Shown here: in pieces, positions 11,365-21,572 of the stretch
How positions within the stretch are numbered: the stretch's first letter is position 1
How the letters are laid out: every line of letters starts with the position of its first letter
DNA from: Thermoanaerobaculia bacterium
GTDB lineage: Bacteria > Acidobacteriota > Thermoanaerobaculia > Multivoradales > UBA5704
Direction: 5' to 3'
Assembly: GCA_044226625.1 (NCBI GenBank)
Contig: JBGAGQ010000040.1
Span: 1-56,302 of the forward strand
Length of the DNA: 56,302 nt
Made by a program: the position numbers and the translations under genes
Notes under the pieces: generated by a model
Seen by the model: only the letters and a program-made list of their open reading frames with translations
Database searches by the model: none
What the model was told of the DNA's origin: nothing

Positions 11365-12372
11365 ATGACGACCGCATCCACCCCCTCGACCGAGGGCTGC
11401 TCCCATCCCCTGCGCGCCGTTTTGATCGGTACCTCGCTCGAAAACGAGAGCGACCGGGTGGTCCGGACCGGCGTGGCCCTGGCCCGGGCCGCTGGAGCGC
11501 GCGTCCACCTGGTTCATGCCTCGCCCGAGGTGCCGCATCTGACAGGGCCCGAGACCGGCCGAGGCGACGACCTCTCGGCCGAGCTTTCGGCCAAAGGGCA
11601 CGAGATGCTCGCTCGTCAGATCGAGCGGCTGGGTATCGACCCCTCTGAAATCGCCGCCGCCGAGGTCGTGGCGGGCGAGCCGCATCGCGTGTTGATCGAC
11701 GCCGCGCGCCGAGCGGGCGCCGACCTGATCGTCGTCGGCGCCACCGGCTCCGGACCGCTCGCGGCCGAGCTGCTCGGCTCGACCGCGGACCGGGTGTTGC
11801 GCAAAGCAAGCTGCCCCGTGCTGCTGGTGCGCGGCGACCTCCCGATCCCGCCCCGGCGGGTGCTCGCGCCGGTCGACCTTTCCCCGCTGTCGGCGGATGC
11901 GTTCCGCGCGGGCCTGCGCCTGCTCGGCCAGCTGGCCTCCCCCGACGCCGGGGTCGAGGTCCGCGCGTTGAACGTCGTCAGCTTCTTCGACGTGCTGGCG
12001 ATCCGCCACGCTACGGCCGGAGACTTTTCACCGGAGGAGGCCGAGCGGATCCGGACCGAGGAGCTCGCGCGCTTCGTCCGCGAGCAGGGGTGCGAGACGG
12101 CGTTCGACGTCCGCTGCGCCATCGTGCCGGGCGAGGCGCGGTTCGAGATTCTTCGCGATCTGGAGCAGCACCCGGCCGACCTGGTGATGCTCGGGACCCA
12201 CGGGCGCGGCGGCCTCGATCGCCTGATGCTCGGCAGCGTCGCCTCGACCGTGGCGCGCAAGGCGCCGTCGAGCGTGCTCCTGATCTCGCCCGACGTGGCC
12301 TTCTCGGAGAGCATCGGAGAAGCGGTGATCGACCGGATCACGCCGGCCTGGCACGCGGAGGAGGCCGGCTGA
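11365..12372 (+). CDS. Tandem universal stress protein
   Basis: Two USP motifs: ADLIVVGATG...LLGSTADRVLR and DLVMLGTHGRGG...MLGSVA.TV.R. RBS AGGAG upstream. Confidence 0.9.
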   Translation: MTTASTPSTEGCSHPLRAVLIGTSLENESDRVVRTGVALARAAGARVHLVHASPEVPHLTGPETGRGDDLSAELSAKGHEMLARQIERLGIDPSEIAAAEVVAGEPHRVLIDAARRAGADLIVVGATGSGPLAAELLGSTADRVLRKASCPVLLVRGDLPIPPRRVLAPVDLSPLSADAFRAGLRLLGQLASPDAGVEVRALNVVSFFDVLAIRHATAGDFSPEEAERIRTEELARFVREQGCETAFDVRCAIVPGEARFEILRDLEQHPADLVMLGTHGRGGLDRLMLGSVASTVARKAPSSVLLISPDVAFSESIGEAVIDRITPAWHAEEAG

Positions 12373-12457
12373 GTCGACCACGATGGCACGGTTTTACGGT
12401 GCCGAAAAGGTTCCGCAGCGCAGGGAACCGAACAGAAATTCGGGTTAAACTTAAAGC

Positions 12458-13546
12458 ATGCCAAGCCAAGAGCCGGCGGCCCCGCCGCCGGACGAGTCGG
12501 AGAAGAACGTGCTCCGCGAACTGGCGCGCGGCGTGATCCGCGCGCAAGGGAACGTCTTCATCAAGGAGCTGCTGAGGAGCCGGGAAATCCGCATCGGCAC
12601 GACAAAGGAAGACTTCGAGCGCAATCTGTTCTCCGCGGTCGACGGGGGACAGTTGAGGCTCGCCGACGTCGAGACATGGCTCGACGAGGTCGAGGGGTGG
12701 GGAAACCAACACGTCTACCTCTACTCCGTACCGGACGAGATCGCGATCGCCGGGGCGCTGTCGTCGCCCGAGTCGATGCGGCGTACCCTTGAGGCGGCGA
12801 GCCTCCGGGATCTCTGGGATGCACCCACTTCTCAGGCGTTTCCGGAGGCGCTCGCGCTCACCTCGATCCGTTTCGACGGCGAGCAACTGCGCCTCACCTG
12901 GCACGAGGGAGAAAAGAGCTGGGCGCGCGGTAAGGAGGAAAAGGCGCTCGACGAGATCCGCGACGTCGGCCTCGACCGCTACGAGATGCGCGCCTATCGG
13001 GAGATCTCGCGCCGGAGCGTCATGCGCTTCGAGCTCCGCCTGAAAGAGCGCCTCGCGGCCGTCTTCCTCTCCTACGCTTTCGAGGAGAAGGTGCACGAAG
13101 GAGCCGTCCGCGCCGTGATGGAGACGCTCGGCAAGCTCTTCGACGTCTCCTCCCTCCCCTCCGCGCAGTTGCGGATCGGCGACGTCATCAAGAACCTCGA
13201 CCAAGGGGCGAACGTGGGGAAAAGGCCGGCCGCGGCCACCGTTCGCGCCCAGTCGACGCGGCTCACCGGCCCTTCGGCCTACGTCGAGATGGGCAGCTCC
13301 GCCGGGGACGGAAGCTACCTCGACGATCCGACGATCGGCGCCGTGCGTCAGGCGATCCGGACGAACGAGCTCAAGACCCTCACCGGGACGTCGGCGAGCT
13401 TCGAGATCCTCGCGGACGGCTTGAAGCCTCTCTCCCAGAACGTCCGGTTGCAGCTCTATGGGTCGCAAAGGCGGATACGCCTCTGGAAGCTCCTCTCGGC
13501 CGAGGAGGTCTGGGCGATCTTGAATCTCCTGGCGCGCTATCGATGA
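12458..13546 (+). CDS. Hypothetical soluble protein
   Basis: 362-aa ORF with protein-like composition. TAAACT lies 6 nt before the ATG. ATGA overlap with the next gene. No motif recognised. Confidence 0.7.
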   Translation: MPSQEPAAPPPDESEKNVLRELARGVIRAQGNVFIKELLRSREIRIGTTKEDFERNLFSAVDGGQLRLADVETWLDEVEGWGNQHVYLYSVPDEIAIAGALSSPESMRRTLEAASLRDLWDAPTSQAFPEALALTSIRFDGEQLRLTWHEGEKSWARGKEEKALDEIRDVGLDRYEMRAYREISRRSVMRFELRLKERLAAVFLSYAFEEKVHEGAVRAVMETLGKLFDVSSLPSAQLRIGDVIKNLDQGANVGKRPAAATVRAQSTRLTGPSAYVEMGSSAGDGSYLDDPTIGAVRQAIRTNELKTLTGTSASFEILADGLKPLSQNVRLQLYGSQRRIRLWKLLSAEEVWAILNLLARYR

Positions 13547-14682
13547 AGGCTCGCGCGAACCCCAATTGGCGCGAGCTCTCAGCTCGGCATCCGGCCGGAG
13601 CGGTGAACCTCTTTCGCGGCCTCGCCCGAACCGGCGGTCGGATCGAGTCCTCGCGTCTCGCGCTCCTCGGGCGCGCCGGTTGTAAGGGCGAGGAGCTCGA
13701 CGCGATGCTCGGGGAGCTCATCGCCCTCAGCTGGCTTACGAAGCGCGAACGATCGATTTGCCCCTGCTGTCAGCAACCCCTCGAAGAGCCGCTTCCGGAC
13801 GACGGCCTCTGCCCGCGCTGCCATCGCGCTTTAGTCGACTGCGACGGCCCGGCAACCGAGGTGATCTACCTGCACGAGGCCCCCCCGCCACGAATCGTCG
13901 ACTGGGTGCTTACCCTCCACGGCATGAATACCCTCGGCGCCTGGCAGGAGAAGCTTGCTTGGCTCATCGCACGAACGTACGGTCGGGCGATCCCTGTCGC
14001 CGTCTACAAGTACGGCGTCGTGCGACCGGGGGTGCTGTTCCGTTGGCGCCATCGCCAGCTCCGGGATCAGGTCGCGGAGCGGCTCCGCGCGCTATCAGCC
14101 GAAGCGGGCGCGGCGGGCTACCGTCCGCAACCCGACGTAATCGCCCACAGCTTCGGCACTCTGCTGCTCGCCCAAGCGCTCACAGCGGACGAAACGCTCC
14201 AGGTCGGCCGGGTGATCCTCGCCGGGAGCATTCTCCCTCCCGATTTCGAATGGCAACCGTTGATCGATCGCGGGCAGGTCGAAGCGGTTTTGAACTTCTA
14301 CGGCACCGCCGACTTCCCCGTAGCTGTCACCCACTATCTGATCCCCGATTCCGGACCCGCCGGTCGGCGGGGTTTCGACAAGGCGGGTGTCGTCAACGTC
14401 GAAGCGGCCGGCTTCGGCCACAGCACGGTGTTCGGCGAGCGCCTCGATTCCGTTTTCGATAGCACTTGGAAACCGTTCCTTCAGGCGGCCGACCCGGACG
14501 CGGCCGAGATCCCGCACTGCAAGGACCCGGAACGTCGATGGAAGGAATCTCTCTGGGGCCTCCGGGCGGGAATCGCACGCCTAGTTGCGATCCTCATCCT
14601 CGGAGCGCTTACCCTTTTTCTCGTGGGTTCGCTCACATTCGGCGCTTGGCCGTTCCTTCGTTTCGTCGGCAGGCTCTTCTAG
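13543..14682 (+). CDS. Zn-ribbon plus alpha/beta-hydrolase plus C-terminal TM protein
   Basis: CPCC...CPRC Zn site, LHGMNT oxyanion-like motif, IAHSFG nucleophile elbow, FGHS His, hydrophobic C-terminal helix. Confidence 0.7.
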   Translation: MKARANPNWRELSARHPAGAVNLFRGLARTGGRIESSRLALLGRAGCKGEELDAMLGELIALSWLTKRERSICPCCQQPLEEPLPDDGLCPRCHRALVDCDGPATEVIYLHEAPPPRIVDWVLTLHGMNTLGAWQEKLAWLIARTYGRAIPVAVYKYGVVRPGVLFRWRHRQLRDQVAERLRALSAEAGAAGYRPQPDVIAHSFGTLLLAQALTADETLQVGRVILAGSILPPDFEWQPLIDRGQVEAVLNFYGTADFPVAVTHYLIPDSGPAGRRGFDKAGVVNVEAAGFGHSTVFGERLDSVFDSTWKPFLQAADPDAAEIPHCKDPERRWKESLWGLRAGIARLVAILILGALTLFLVGSLTFGAWPFLRFVGRLF

Positions 14683-14813
14683 CAGGCTGCTGAAAGACTC
14701 CTTCGTCGCACGAGGTTCCCTGTGGGCTCCCCTCGTAACTCGCTTTGCTCAGACAGACTCGGGGACGTCCTCGGGAACTCTGCGACGTGGGAGGGAGTTT
14801 TCAGCAGCCTGCT
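14681..14813. mobile_element. MITE/REP-like non-autonomous inverted-repeat element (~130 bp)
   Basis: Perfect 15-bp inverted repeat AGCAGGCTGCTGAAA (14681-14695) / TTTCAGCAGCCTGCT (14799-14813). Imperfect internal IR CGTCGCACGAGGTTCCC / GGGAACTCTGCGACG. Sits between convergent genes. Confidence 0.65.
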
Positions 14814-14816
14814 CGT

Positions 14817-16613
14817 TCACCCCGGGCGGTGCACTGTCCGCCCCTTCCTCGCCGAGATCCAGGCGCGGACGTTCCGGTCCAGCAGATCGAGCGGCAGCGC
14901 GCCGTGACGCAGGACCTCGTCGTGGAATGAGCGGAGGTCGAACGCCGGCCCGAGCTCGCGCTCGGCCTCGGCGCGCAGCGCTTTGAAACGTAGCGCGCCG
15001 ATCGTGTAGGCGACGCCCAGCGCCGGCTCGTAAAGGTAGCGCTCGACCTCGATGTCGATCGCGCGGTCGTCCTGCGCCGTGTTCTCCCGAAAGTAGGCGA
15101 CCGCCCGCTCGCGCGTCCAGCCCTGCGAGTGGAGGCCCGTGTCGACCACGACCCGCATCGCGCGCCAAAGCTCGGAGTAGAGCTGGCCGAAGTGGACGTA
15201 GGGATCGTCGAGCAACTTCAGGTCGGCACCGAGCGACTCGGCGTAGACCCCCCAGCCTTCGACGAACGGCGTGTAGTCGTGGTAGTTCAACACCCGCGGC
15301 GCCTTGCGGATCGACTGCGCGACCGTCACCTGGAGATGGTGCCCGGGCACGCACTCGTGCAGATAGAGAGCCGTCATCTCCCACTTCGGTCGGATCGCGA
15401 GGTCGGAGGTGTTGACGTAGCAGACCCCCGGCGCGTTGCGCGCGACCGAGCCGATGTCGTAATAGATCGTCGACTTGCCCCGAGCCTCAGCGGCTGGGAT
15501 TTCTGCGAGGCGTAACGGCAGCCGGGGGACGTCGCCGACGATCGTCGGCAGACGCGCCTCCACCTCTCGGCCGATGGCGCGATAGCCCTCGAGCAGGTCG
15601 GCCGGCTTCGTGTAGAGAAACCGGGGATCGGTGCGGAGATGGCGCACGAAGTCCGGGAAGCTTCCCGAGAAGCCGACCGCGACGCGGATCGTCTCCATCT
15701 CGGCGCGAATCCTCGCCACCTCGCCGAGGCCCAAAGCGTGGACCTCCGCGGGCGTGAGCGTCGTGGTCGTCGCCTTGCGCACGCGATAGGCGTACCAGGC
15801 GGCGCCGTCGGGAAGATCGCCCATCCCCAGGCTTTCCCGCGCGGCCGGCAGGTAGGTCGTCGCGAGGTATTGGGCGAGCTTGCGGAAGGCGGGCGCCGCT
15901 TTGGCCTCGTAAGCGTGGAGCGCGGCGCTCCGGAGGCGGGGCGCCTCCTCGTCCTCGACCGAGCTCGCGATCTGGCGGAACGGAGCGAGCAGGGGGCTCG
16001 CCCACGGGTCGTCCGGAGTGAGCGCGCGCACCTGCTCGACGACCCCTTGCATCAAGGCTTTGGGAGGCGTCACGCCCGCCGCGCGTCCCCGTTCGAGCAG
16101 CGCGAGATTTTGATCCACGAGCGCCGGGAGGGCGTTCAGTCGCGCGAGAAGATCCTCGTAGTCGCGGCTCGAATTCGCCGGCGCCCGCGAGAGAGCGAAC
16201 GGAACGTCGAGTTGAAGACCGCCGTAGCGCGTGATCGAGATCTCCTCCTCCGGGAAGGCGAACCCTTCGACCTGCCCTTCGAGCCGACGAAGGAAGAGGT
16301 CGAGATCCCCCTGCTCGTCCGGAGGCAGCCGAGCCCGGTCGATCGCCCGCGCCGCGGCGAGCATCTCGCGCGTCCGAGCCTGGCGTTTTTCGATTCCCGC
16401 GGCCGACAGGTCGGTCCACCGGCCGTTCTTCCCCGGGTACCCGATGTAGGTCGCGTATTCCGGAAAGTCGGAGAGCTTCCGCTCCCAGCCTTCGTCCAGC
16501 AGGCGACGGAGCTTCTTGCTCTCGGAGGAGTCGGCACGGGAAGGGGAAGCGACGAGGAGGGATAAAACGGCCACGAACAGGACCGGCGATCGACCGAAGC
16601 ATCGGAACCTCAT
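14817..16613 (-). CDS. DUF885 family secreted metallopeptidase-like protein
   Basis: Signal peptide after MRFRCF. Motifs HECVPGHHLQ, FVEGWGVYAE, RAMRVVVDTGLH..GWTRE.A, EVERY, FDLRSFHD.VL..GALPL. Confidence 0.88.
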   Translation of the reverse strand: MRFRCFGRSPVLFVAVLSLLVASPSRADSSESKKLRRLLDEGWERKLSDFPEYATYIGYPGKNGRWTDLSAAGIEKRQARTREMLAAARAIDRARLPPDEQGDLDLFLRRLEGQVEGFAFPEEEISITRYGGLQLDVPFALSRAPANSSRDYEDLLARLNALPALVDQNLALLERGRAAGVTPPKALMQGVVEQVRALTPDDPWASPLLAPFRQIASSVEDEEAPRLRSAALHAYEAKAAPAFRKLAQYLATTYLPAARESLGMGDLPDGAAWYAYRVRKATTTTLTPAEVHALGLGEVARIRAEMETIRVAVGFSGSFPDFVRHLRTDPRFLYTKPADLLEGYRAIGREVEARLPTIVGDVPRLPLRLAEIPAAEARGKSTIYYDIGSVARNAPGVCYVNTSDLAIRPKWEMTALYLHECVPGHHLQVTVAQSIRKAPRVLNYHDYTPFVEGWGVYAESLGADLKLLDDPYVHFGQLYSELWRAMRVVVDTGLHSQGWTRERAVAYFRENTAQDDRAIDIEVERYLYEPALGVAYTIGALRFKALRAEAERELGPAFDLRSFHDEVLRHGALPLDLLDRNVRAWISARKGRTVHRPG

Positions 16614-16776
16614 GATCGAACTGTAACGCGCGAGGCGCCGCGGCGAAACGTGCGCGGAGTCCCGAACGATTCGACAGGAGCCCTTGCGTGCCTGTCTTTG
16701 AAGGCCGCCGAGAGACTGTAGGAGGTCGCCTTCCCGAGGACCTCGAGGCGATCGATTTCGGCGTACGATGAACGCA

Positions 16777-17181
16777 ATGACTTCGAATTCGGGCGCTCTT
16801 CGCTGGCTCCTTCTGCTGGGCACCGGTCTGCTCGCGATCACCGCGATCCCGGGCGGGGTCCTCCTTCTCCTCGGCCTCTACACACCGCCTCCGCAGATGC
16901 TCGGCGGCTCGGTGTTTTCGTCGTTCCTCGTCCCGGGGCTCGCTCTCGCGCTGCTGGTGGGCGGATCGGCGCTCCTCGCCCTGATCCTGCTGATCCGACG
17001 CCGGCCGCTCGCGAGTTATTGCGCCGCCCTTTCCGGTCTCGTCGTGATGACCTTCGAGTTCGTCGAGGTGGTGACGATCGGCTCTCCTCCCGGACCGAGC
17101 CGGACGATGCAGGGGATCTATTTCGGCCTCGGGATCGCGCTCGCGATCGGCGCGCTCGCGAAGCTCTACTCCGACCGCTAA
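16777..17181 (+). CDS. Small integral membrane protein (4 TM)
   Basis: Four hydrophobic helices, F.SFLVPGL.L segment. TACGAT 7 nt before ATG 16777 (alternative start 16768). Confidence 0.7.
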   Translation: MTSNSGALRWLLLLGTGLLAITAIPGGVLLLLGLYTPPPQMLGGSVFSSFLVPGLALALLVGGSALLALILLIRRRPLASYCAALSGLVVMTFEFVEVVTIGSPPGPSRTMQGIYFGLGIALAIGALAKLYSDR

Positions 17182-17192
17182 GCAACGAGCTT

Positions 17193-17218
17193 CTCGGCGG
17201 CCCCGAAGGGCCACCGAG
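17193..17218. terminator. GC-rich hairpin between convergent genes
   Basis: CTCGGCGGCCC-CGAA-GGGCCACCGAG stem-loop with no clear U tract. Confidence 0.4.
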
Positions 17219-17313
17219 CGAGCTTCCGATGGGTGTAGGTGGACGCGGGGCGATTTAACGCCGGCCCGCGCGATGACGAATTTCCAACGTTTACGGCCGC
17301 AGGTCGATGGCCG

Positions 17314-20300
17314 CTAGAAATGCCACCTCAAGCCGATCTGGACCGTCGAGTAGTCGCGCGACGCCCCGGGAACCGTCCGGTAGTCGTATCGCGTGACGAA
17401 GCTCCAGCGGTCGGTGAGACAGGCGCTCAGACCCAAGCCGGCGTTGGCGCCGAGATGGGTAGAACCCGTCTCGTCGCGATAGGCGCCGATCCCGAGGTGG
17501 ACTGAAGGGGTCGGGCAGAGGCCCGTCGCGGGAGTCAGCTCGATCTCCGGCGAGAGATGGGTGAACCGGAAATCCGGGCCGGACCGCGCGTTGGTGAAAC
17601 GGTCGTAGCCCAGGTAGAGCCCGAGCGAAGCGCGCCCGCCGGGCACCGTGAACCCGACTGCCGGCCGTATCCCGAAGCTGTAGGACGAATCGGCGATCGA
17701 ATCGAAGCTGCCGTGCGGCAGCGTGACGCCGCCGAAATACGACAGGGAATAGCGACTCTCCCCCTCGCAGCGACCGCACGGGAGCCCCTGCGGCGGACGC
17801 GGGAGACCCTCCCCCGGCGGAATCGGCCGGTGGACCTCTCCGGGCAGGACGAACGCGGTGGTGAGGTAGCGCTCGAACGGCGCGCCGACGTTCGAGAGAC
17901 CGGTCGCCTTGAGGCTCACGAAGTAGCCCCCCGGGATCGTCGCCCCGTACGCTAGGCCATAAATTCCGTCGGACGCTCCGCCGTCCATCGAGACCCCGTC
18001 GTCTCGAAGGTTCACCGGATCGTGCACCCCGTCCGGACGGCGGACATAGCCCGAAACCGTCGCGCCGCGCACGCTCGACCGATCGGCGATCCAGACCCGG
18101 ATCGGCATCACGTAATCCCCCGCGGGCCGCCGCTCGAGCTGCTTCGGCCCGGCCTTGGCGGAGAGCGAGGTCGGCCCCGACGCGACGGCGAAGAACTCGG
18201 CGCTCGCGACGTGCGGCTCGACAACGTAGACCCAGACGCCCGGTGCCGGAGTGCGGAGGCGATAGACCGAGTGCTTCGGATCCGTGCGGAGGGTGACGGC
18301 GGGAGGGCTCGCGCCGATCGGCGTCGAGGTCCCCGGCGCGACCAGGTAGACGGTCGCCGCGTTGTCGACGTCGGCGTGGAACGCGACCGTCATCCAGTCG
18401 AGCCCCGGCTCGACCACGAACCAGCCGACGCGCAGCTTTTTGTCGAACAGACCGAGAGTCGTCGGTGGGTATCCTTCGGCGTAGAAGAAGCGCTGCTCCC
18501 CGCGCACCTCCTCGTCCACCTCTTTGTACCAGCTCGCGAGGCGGCTCAGCAGGAGGAACGAGCCGTTCCCCTCGTTCAGATGGCGGAAGTCGCCGCCGGT
18601 CACCGTCGCCATGTCGAGGAGCAGGTTGTCGTCGGCGTCCTGGCCGACCCCCACGGTGTCGACACGGGTCGTCCCGGCATCGAACACCGGCCGGAGCGGA
18701 CCTCCGGCGCCGGATGCCGTCCAGTACGGCGGGTAGTTTTCGAGCCCGTCGGTGAGCAGCACGATGTGCGGCTCGTGGCCGGCGACGCCGCCGCTCGTGA
18801 GCATCGCCTGCGCCTCGACGAGACCAGCGCCGACGGAGGTCTCCGGGCCGACGAATCCCGGGGTCGTATCGGGTGAGATACCGCCGATCACGCCCCGCGC
18901 CGCGGGGCGTTGGTCCGATCCTCCCTCTCCCGCCGCGATGAGGCCGAACTTCGGCTCGGCGAGCTCGTCGGGATCATTCACCGTACCGTCGTCGTTCTGA
19001 TCGCGGCGCTGGAAGCTGATCACGCCGATCTGGTCCTGCGGGTTCGACAGGTCGACGAAGAACTTCGCCGCCGCTTTGGCCGCCTCCATCTTGGCCGGGC
19101 TCGAGAGGCCGGTGCGGCCGTCGTAATTCATGCTGTTGGTTTGGTCGATCGCGAGCACGCGGTCGAAGCTCCGCGCGTCGGCGTCCGCCCAGCAGAGGCT
19201 CTGGGTCTCGACCGCCGTGATCCCGGCCGGGGTCGCGAGCGTCGCCTGGAGGTCGTGGCATCCATTCGGCCGCGGACCCGGCGCGATGACCACCCAGGTT
19301 TCGGCGCCCACCTGCGTCGCGGGAGTCGGGATCTGCGCCGGGGTGAGCGGCGTGCCGTCGATCGAGAGCGTCAGGTTGCCGGCCGAGGCGTCGAGCCCTC
19401 CACCGGCGAAGAGGCGCACCAGAACGCGGCTTCCGACGGTCGAGGTGCCGGCGAATGCCGGACGGGCGGTCGTCGGCTCGAGGATGCGGAAAGAAAGCGG
19501 CGCGACGTCGCTCGTAAGCATCAGGTCGTCGAGGACGAGGCGTCCGCGGCTCGACCCGGAAGAAGGTCCGAATTCGAAGCGGACCGCGACGACGTGAGAG
19601 AGGTCGAGCCCCGACCCGTTCGCCAGGAAATCGGTCGTCCGCAGCCGGACGGTCTCCATCTCGTTATGCCAACCGCCGTCCCGTTGATAAGGCTCCTCGA
19701 TCCCGCCGCCGTAGGCGCCGATGTTGATCCGGCTGGTCGTCCCTGCCATGTCGCGCAATGCGACGGTGAACGTCAGATCGCCGAGATCCGCCACGGTGTT
19801 CGGATGGCGCGTCCCCTGCGCGCCGCGGAACGAAAGGTAACTGAAACGGGAGAAATCGTTCGCCGTGGCCGGGACCTGCCATTCGTAGAACCGGTCGGTG
19901 CCGGTCCAGTCGAAGACCACGCCGCGCGTCGAGTCCGTCGAATCTCCCTGGGTGGCGCCGTTGAACGGATCCGCAGGCGTCCAGGCGAAATCCTGGTTGG
20001 CGTCGTCGAGGCGTCCTTCGACGAGATTCTCGACGTCGAACGTCACCCCGCCGCCCGAGCTGCTAGTCGCCGTATCGGTATGGGTCTGGAAATCGTCGAG
20101 CACGAAGTTACCGACCGCGGCGCCGTTCTTGTACTCGTCGGTCACCACGACGCACAGATCCGCCGGAACGCCGATCGGCCGGAACGACTCGTATTGGCGA
20201 GTTAGAAAGTCGAGCGCCGGAACGTTCCCCTCGACGTAATGCTTGACCAGCGGCAACAGGTATCCGAGCTGAATTCGATGGGTCGTCGCGCGATCCACCG

Positions 20301-21546
20301 AGCAAGGGCCGAAGAACGCGTCCCCGGCCGGGGCGTTGTCGTGGTACTCGCCATGCCCCGTTCCCTGGACGACCGTCGACTGGACGTAGCCGGTCGCTCG
20401 GCTCGCCAGGTGGAAGGTCTGGCAGCGCTGCGTATTGCCCCCCAGGCATTGATCTCCCGCTGAGCCGTTCACGTCGCTGTCGCCCGAAGCGGTCCAGAGG
20501 TGGTAGTTCGCGTCGTGAGGGTTGGCGAAATTGATCCCGGTGAAATCGGTCGGCAGCATGCTGTCGACCAGCCGAACGTCGGCGCGGGTGAAATGGACCG
20601 GCACGAACGAGCCGTCGAAAAGCCGATCGTAGGAGATCGCCACCGCCTCGGCGCCGCGGCTGTGGCCGAGCAGCACGAGCCGGTGCGAATCGACGTGGCC
20701 CACCAGCGCGCCGCCCGCGATCGCGCCCGACTCCGCCTGATCGAGGAAGGCGTCGAGATGGCCGAGCTCGGTGGTCGCCGCGCTGTCCGGTCCGGGACCG
20801 GTGTTGTTCGCGACGCTCACCACGATGTAGCCGTACGAGGCCAGGTGGTTGCCGATGTGGTCGTACCAGGTGAACATGTGGCCGTTTCCGTGGCCGATCA
20901 AGACCAGCGGCAGGCGCCCCATCGCGGCGACGTTGGTCGGGAAATAGAGGTCCTCGCCCAACATCGAACCGGGGATGCCGAAGCTCGCGGCGACGCCCGC
21001 ATTCAAGTTATAAACCTGCTCGGTCACCGCGAGCGGGCCGGGCGCGCTCGTGTCGGCGACGACGTAGAAGCCGGCCTCCCCGCCCAGCCCGTCGATGAAG
21101 TCCCCGTCGCTCAGCGCGCCGTTGCCGTCGACGTCGATTACCACGTCGTACGGCACGCCCAGGCCGGTGCCGGCGTTCGCCGAAAGCTGCGACGGCGCCG
21201 CGACCTCGAAGGTGTTCGCCTGGACGTTCGAACCGGAAAACGAAGCGCTGAATGCGCCGCCGGGCGTGACGTCGACGAGGTTAGGGTTCGCGCTCCAGTC
21301 CGACGGCGACTTGTGGTCGACGACGAAAATCGAAGCGGTGTGGCCGACGATCGCCGGGAATCGCGTGGGATCGACCGCCACCTTGACCGGGGCGTTCGCG
21401 TTGAACGCCCGCACGTTCTCGAAGAATGGGTATTGGGAAAGGCTGTTGCCGGCGAGCTCCGTCTTCGTGATCGCCGCGTTCGCGGCCAGAGATGCCGCGA
21501 AGAGGACCGGGAGGGCCAAACCGAGACCGAATCGTGGATTGCGCAT
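17314..21546 (-). CDS. Large secreted multidomain protein: alpha/beta hydrolase, VWA, beta-sandwich domains and a C-terminal outer-membrane beta-barrel
   Basis: GGAG RBS and signal peptide MRNPRFGLGLALPVLFAASLAANA. PLVLIGHG..., LASYGYIVVS, GHSRG elbow. VWA LAIDQTNSM...IVLLTDG. LRDDG...DG.A.DGIY motif. Last ~150 aa have an amphipathic beta pattern ending GLRWHF. Confidence 0.8.
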   Translation of the reverse strand: MRNPRFGLGLALPVLFAASLAANAAITKTELAGNSLSQYPFFENVRAFNANAPVKVAVDPTRFPAIVGHTASIFVVDHKSPSDWSANPNLVDVTPGGAFSASFSGSNVQANTFEVAAPSQLSANAGTGLGVPYDVVIDVDGNGALSDGDFIDGLGGEAGFYVVADTSAPGPLAVTEQVYNLNAGVAASFGIPGSMLGEDLYFPTNVAAMGRLPLVLIGHGNGHMFTWYDHIGNHLASYGYIVVSVANNTGPGPDSAATTELGHLDAFLDQAESGAIAGGALVGHVDSHRLVLLGHSRGAEAVAISYDRLFDGSFVPVHFTRADVRLVDSMLPTDFTGINFANPHDANYHLWTASGDSDVNGSAGDQCLGGNTQRCQTFHLASRATGYVQSTVVQGTGHGEYHDNAPAGDAFFGPCSVDRATTHRIQLGYLLPLVKHYVEGNVPALDFLTRQYESFRPIGVPADLCVVVTDEYKNGAAVGNFVLDDFQTHTDTATSSSGGGVTFDVENLVEGRLDDANQDFAWTPADPFNGATQGDSTDSTRGVVFDWTGTDRFYEWQVPATANDFSRFSYLSFRGAQGTRHPNTVADLGDLTFTVALRDMAGTTSRINIGAYGGGIEEPYQRDGGWHNEMETVRLRTTDFLANGSGLDLSHVVAVRFEFGPSSGSSRGRLVLDDLMLTSDVAPLSFRILEPTTARPAFAGTSTVGSRVLVRLFAGGGLDASAGNLTLSIDGTPLTPAQIPTPATQVGAETWVVIAPGPRPNGCHDLQATLATPAGITAVETQSLCWADADARSFDRVLAIDQTNSMNYDGRTGLSSPAKMEAAKAAAKFFVDLSNPQDQIGVISFQRRDQNDDGTVNDPDELAEPKFGLIAAGEGGSDQRPAARGVIGGISPDTTPGFVGPETSVGAGLVEAQAMLTSGGVAGHEPHIVLLTDGLENYPPYWTASGAGGPLRPVFDAGTTRVDTVGVGQDADDNLLLDMATVTGGDFRHLNEGNGSFLLLSRLASWYKEVDEEVRGEQRFFYAEGYPPTTLGLFDKKLRVGWFVVEPGLDWMTVAFHADVDNAATVYLVAPGTSTPIGASPPAVTLRTDPKHSVYRLRTPAPGVWVYVVEPHVASAEFFAVASGPTSLSAKAGPKQLERRPAGDYVMPIRVWIADRSSVRGATVSGYVRRPDGVHDPVNLRDDGVSMDGGASDGIYGLAYGATIPGGYFVSLKATGLSNVGAPFERYLTTAFVLPGEVHRPIPPGEGLPRPPQGLPCGRCEGESRYSLSYFGGVTLPHGSFDSIADSSYSFGIRPAVGFTVPGGRASLGLYLGYDRFTNARSGPDFRFTHLSPEIELTPATGLCPTPSVHLGIGAYRDETGSTHLGANAGLGLSACLTDRWSFVTRYDYRTVPGASRDYSTVQIGLRWHF

Positions 21547-21572
21547 GATCGTTCTCCGTTCGCTCGGCCGGC

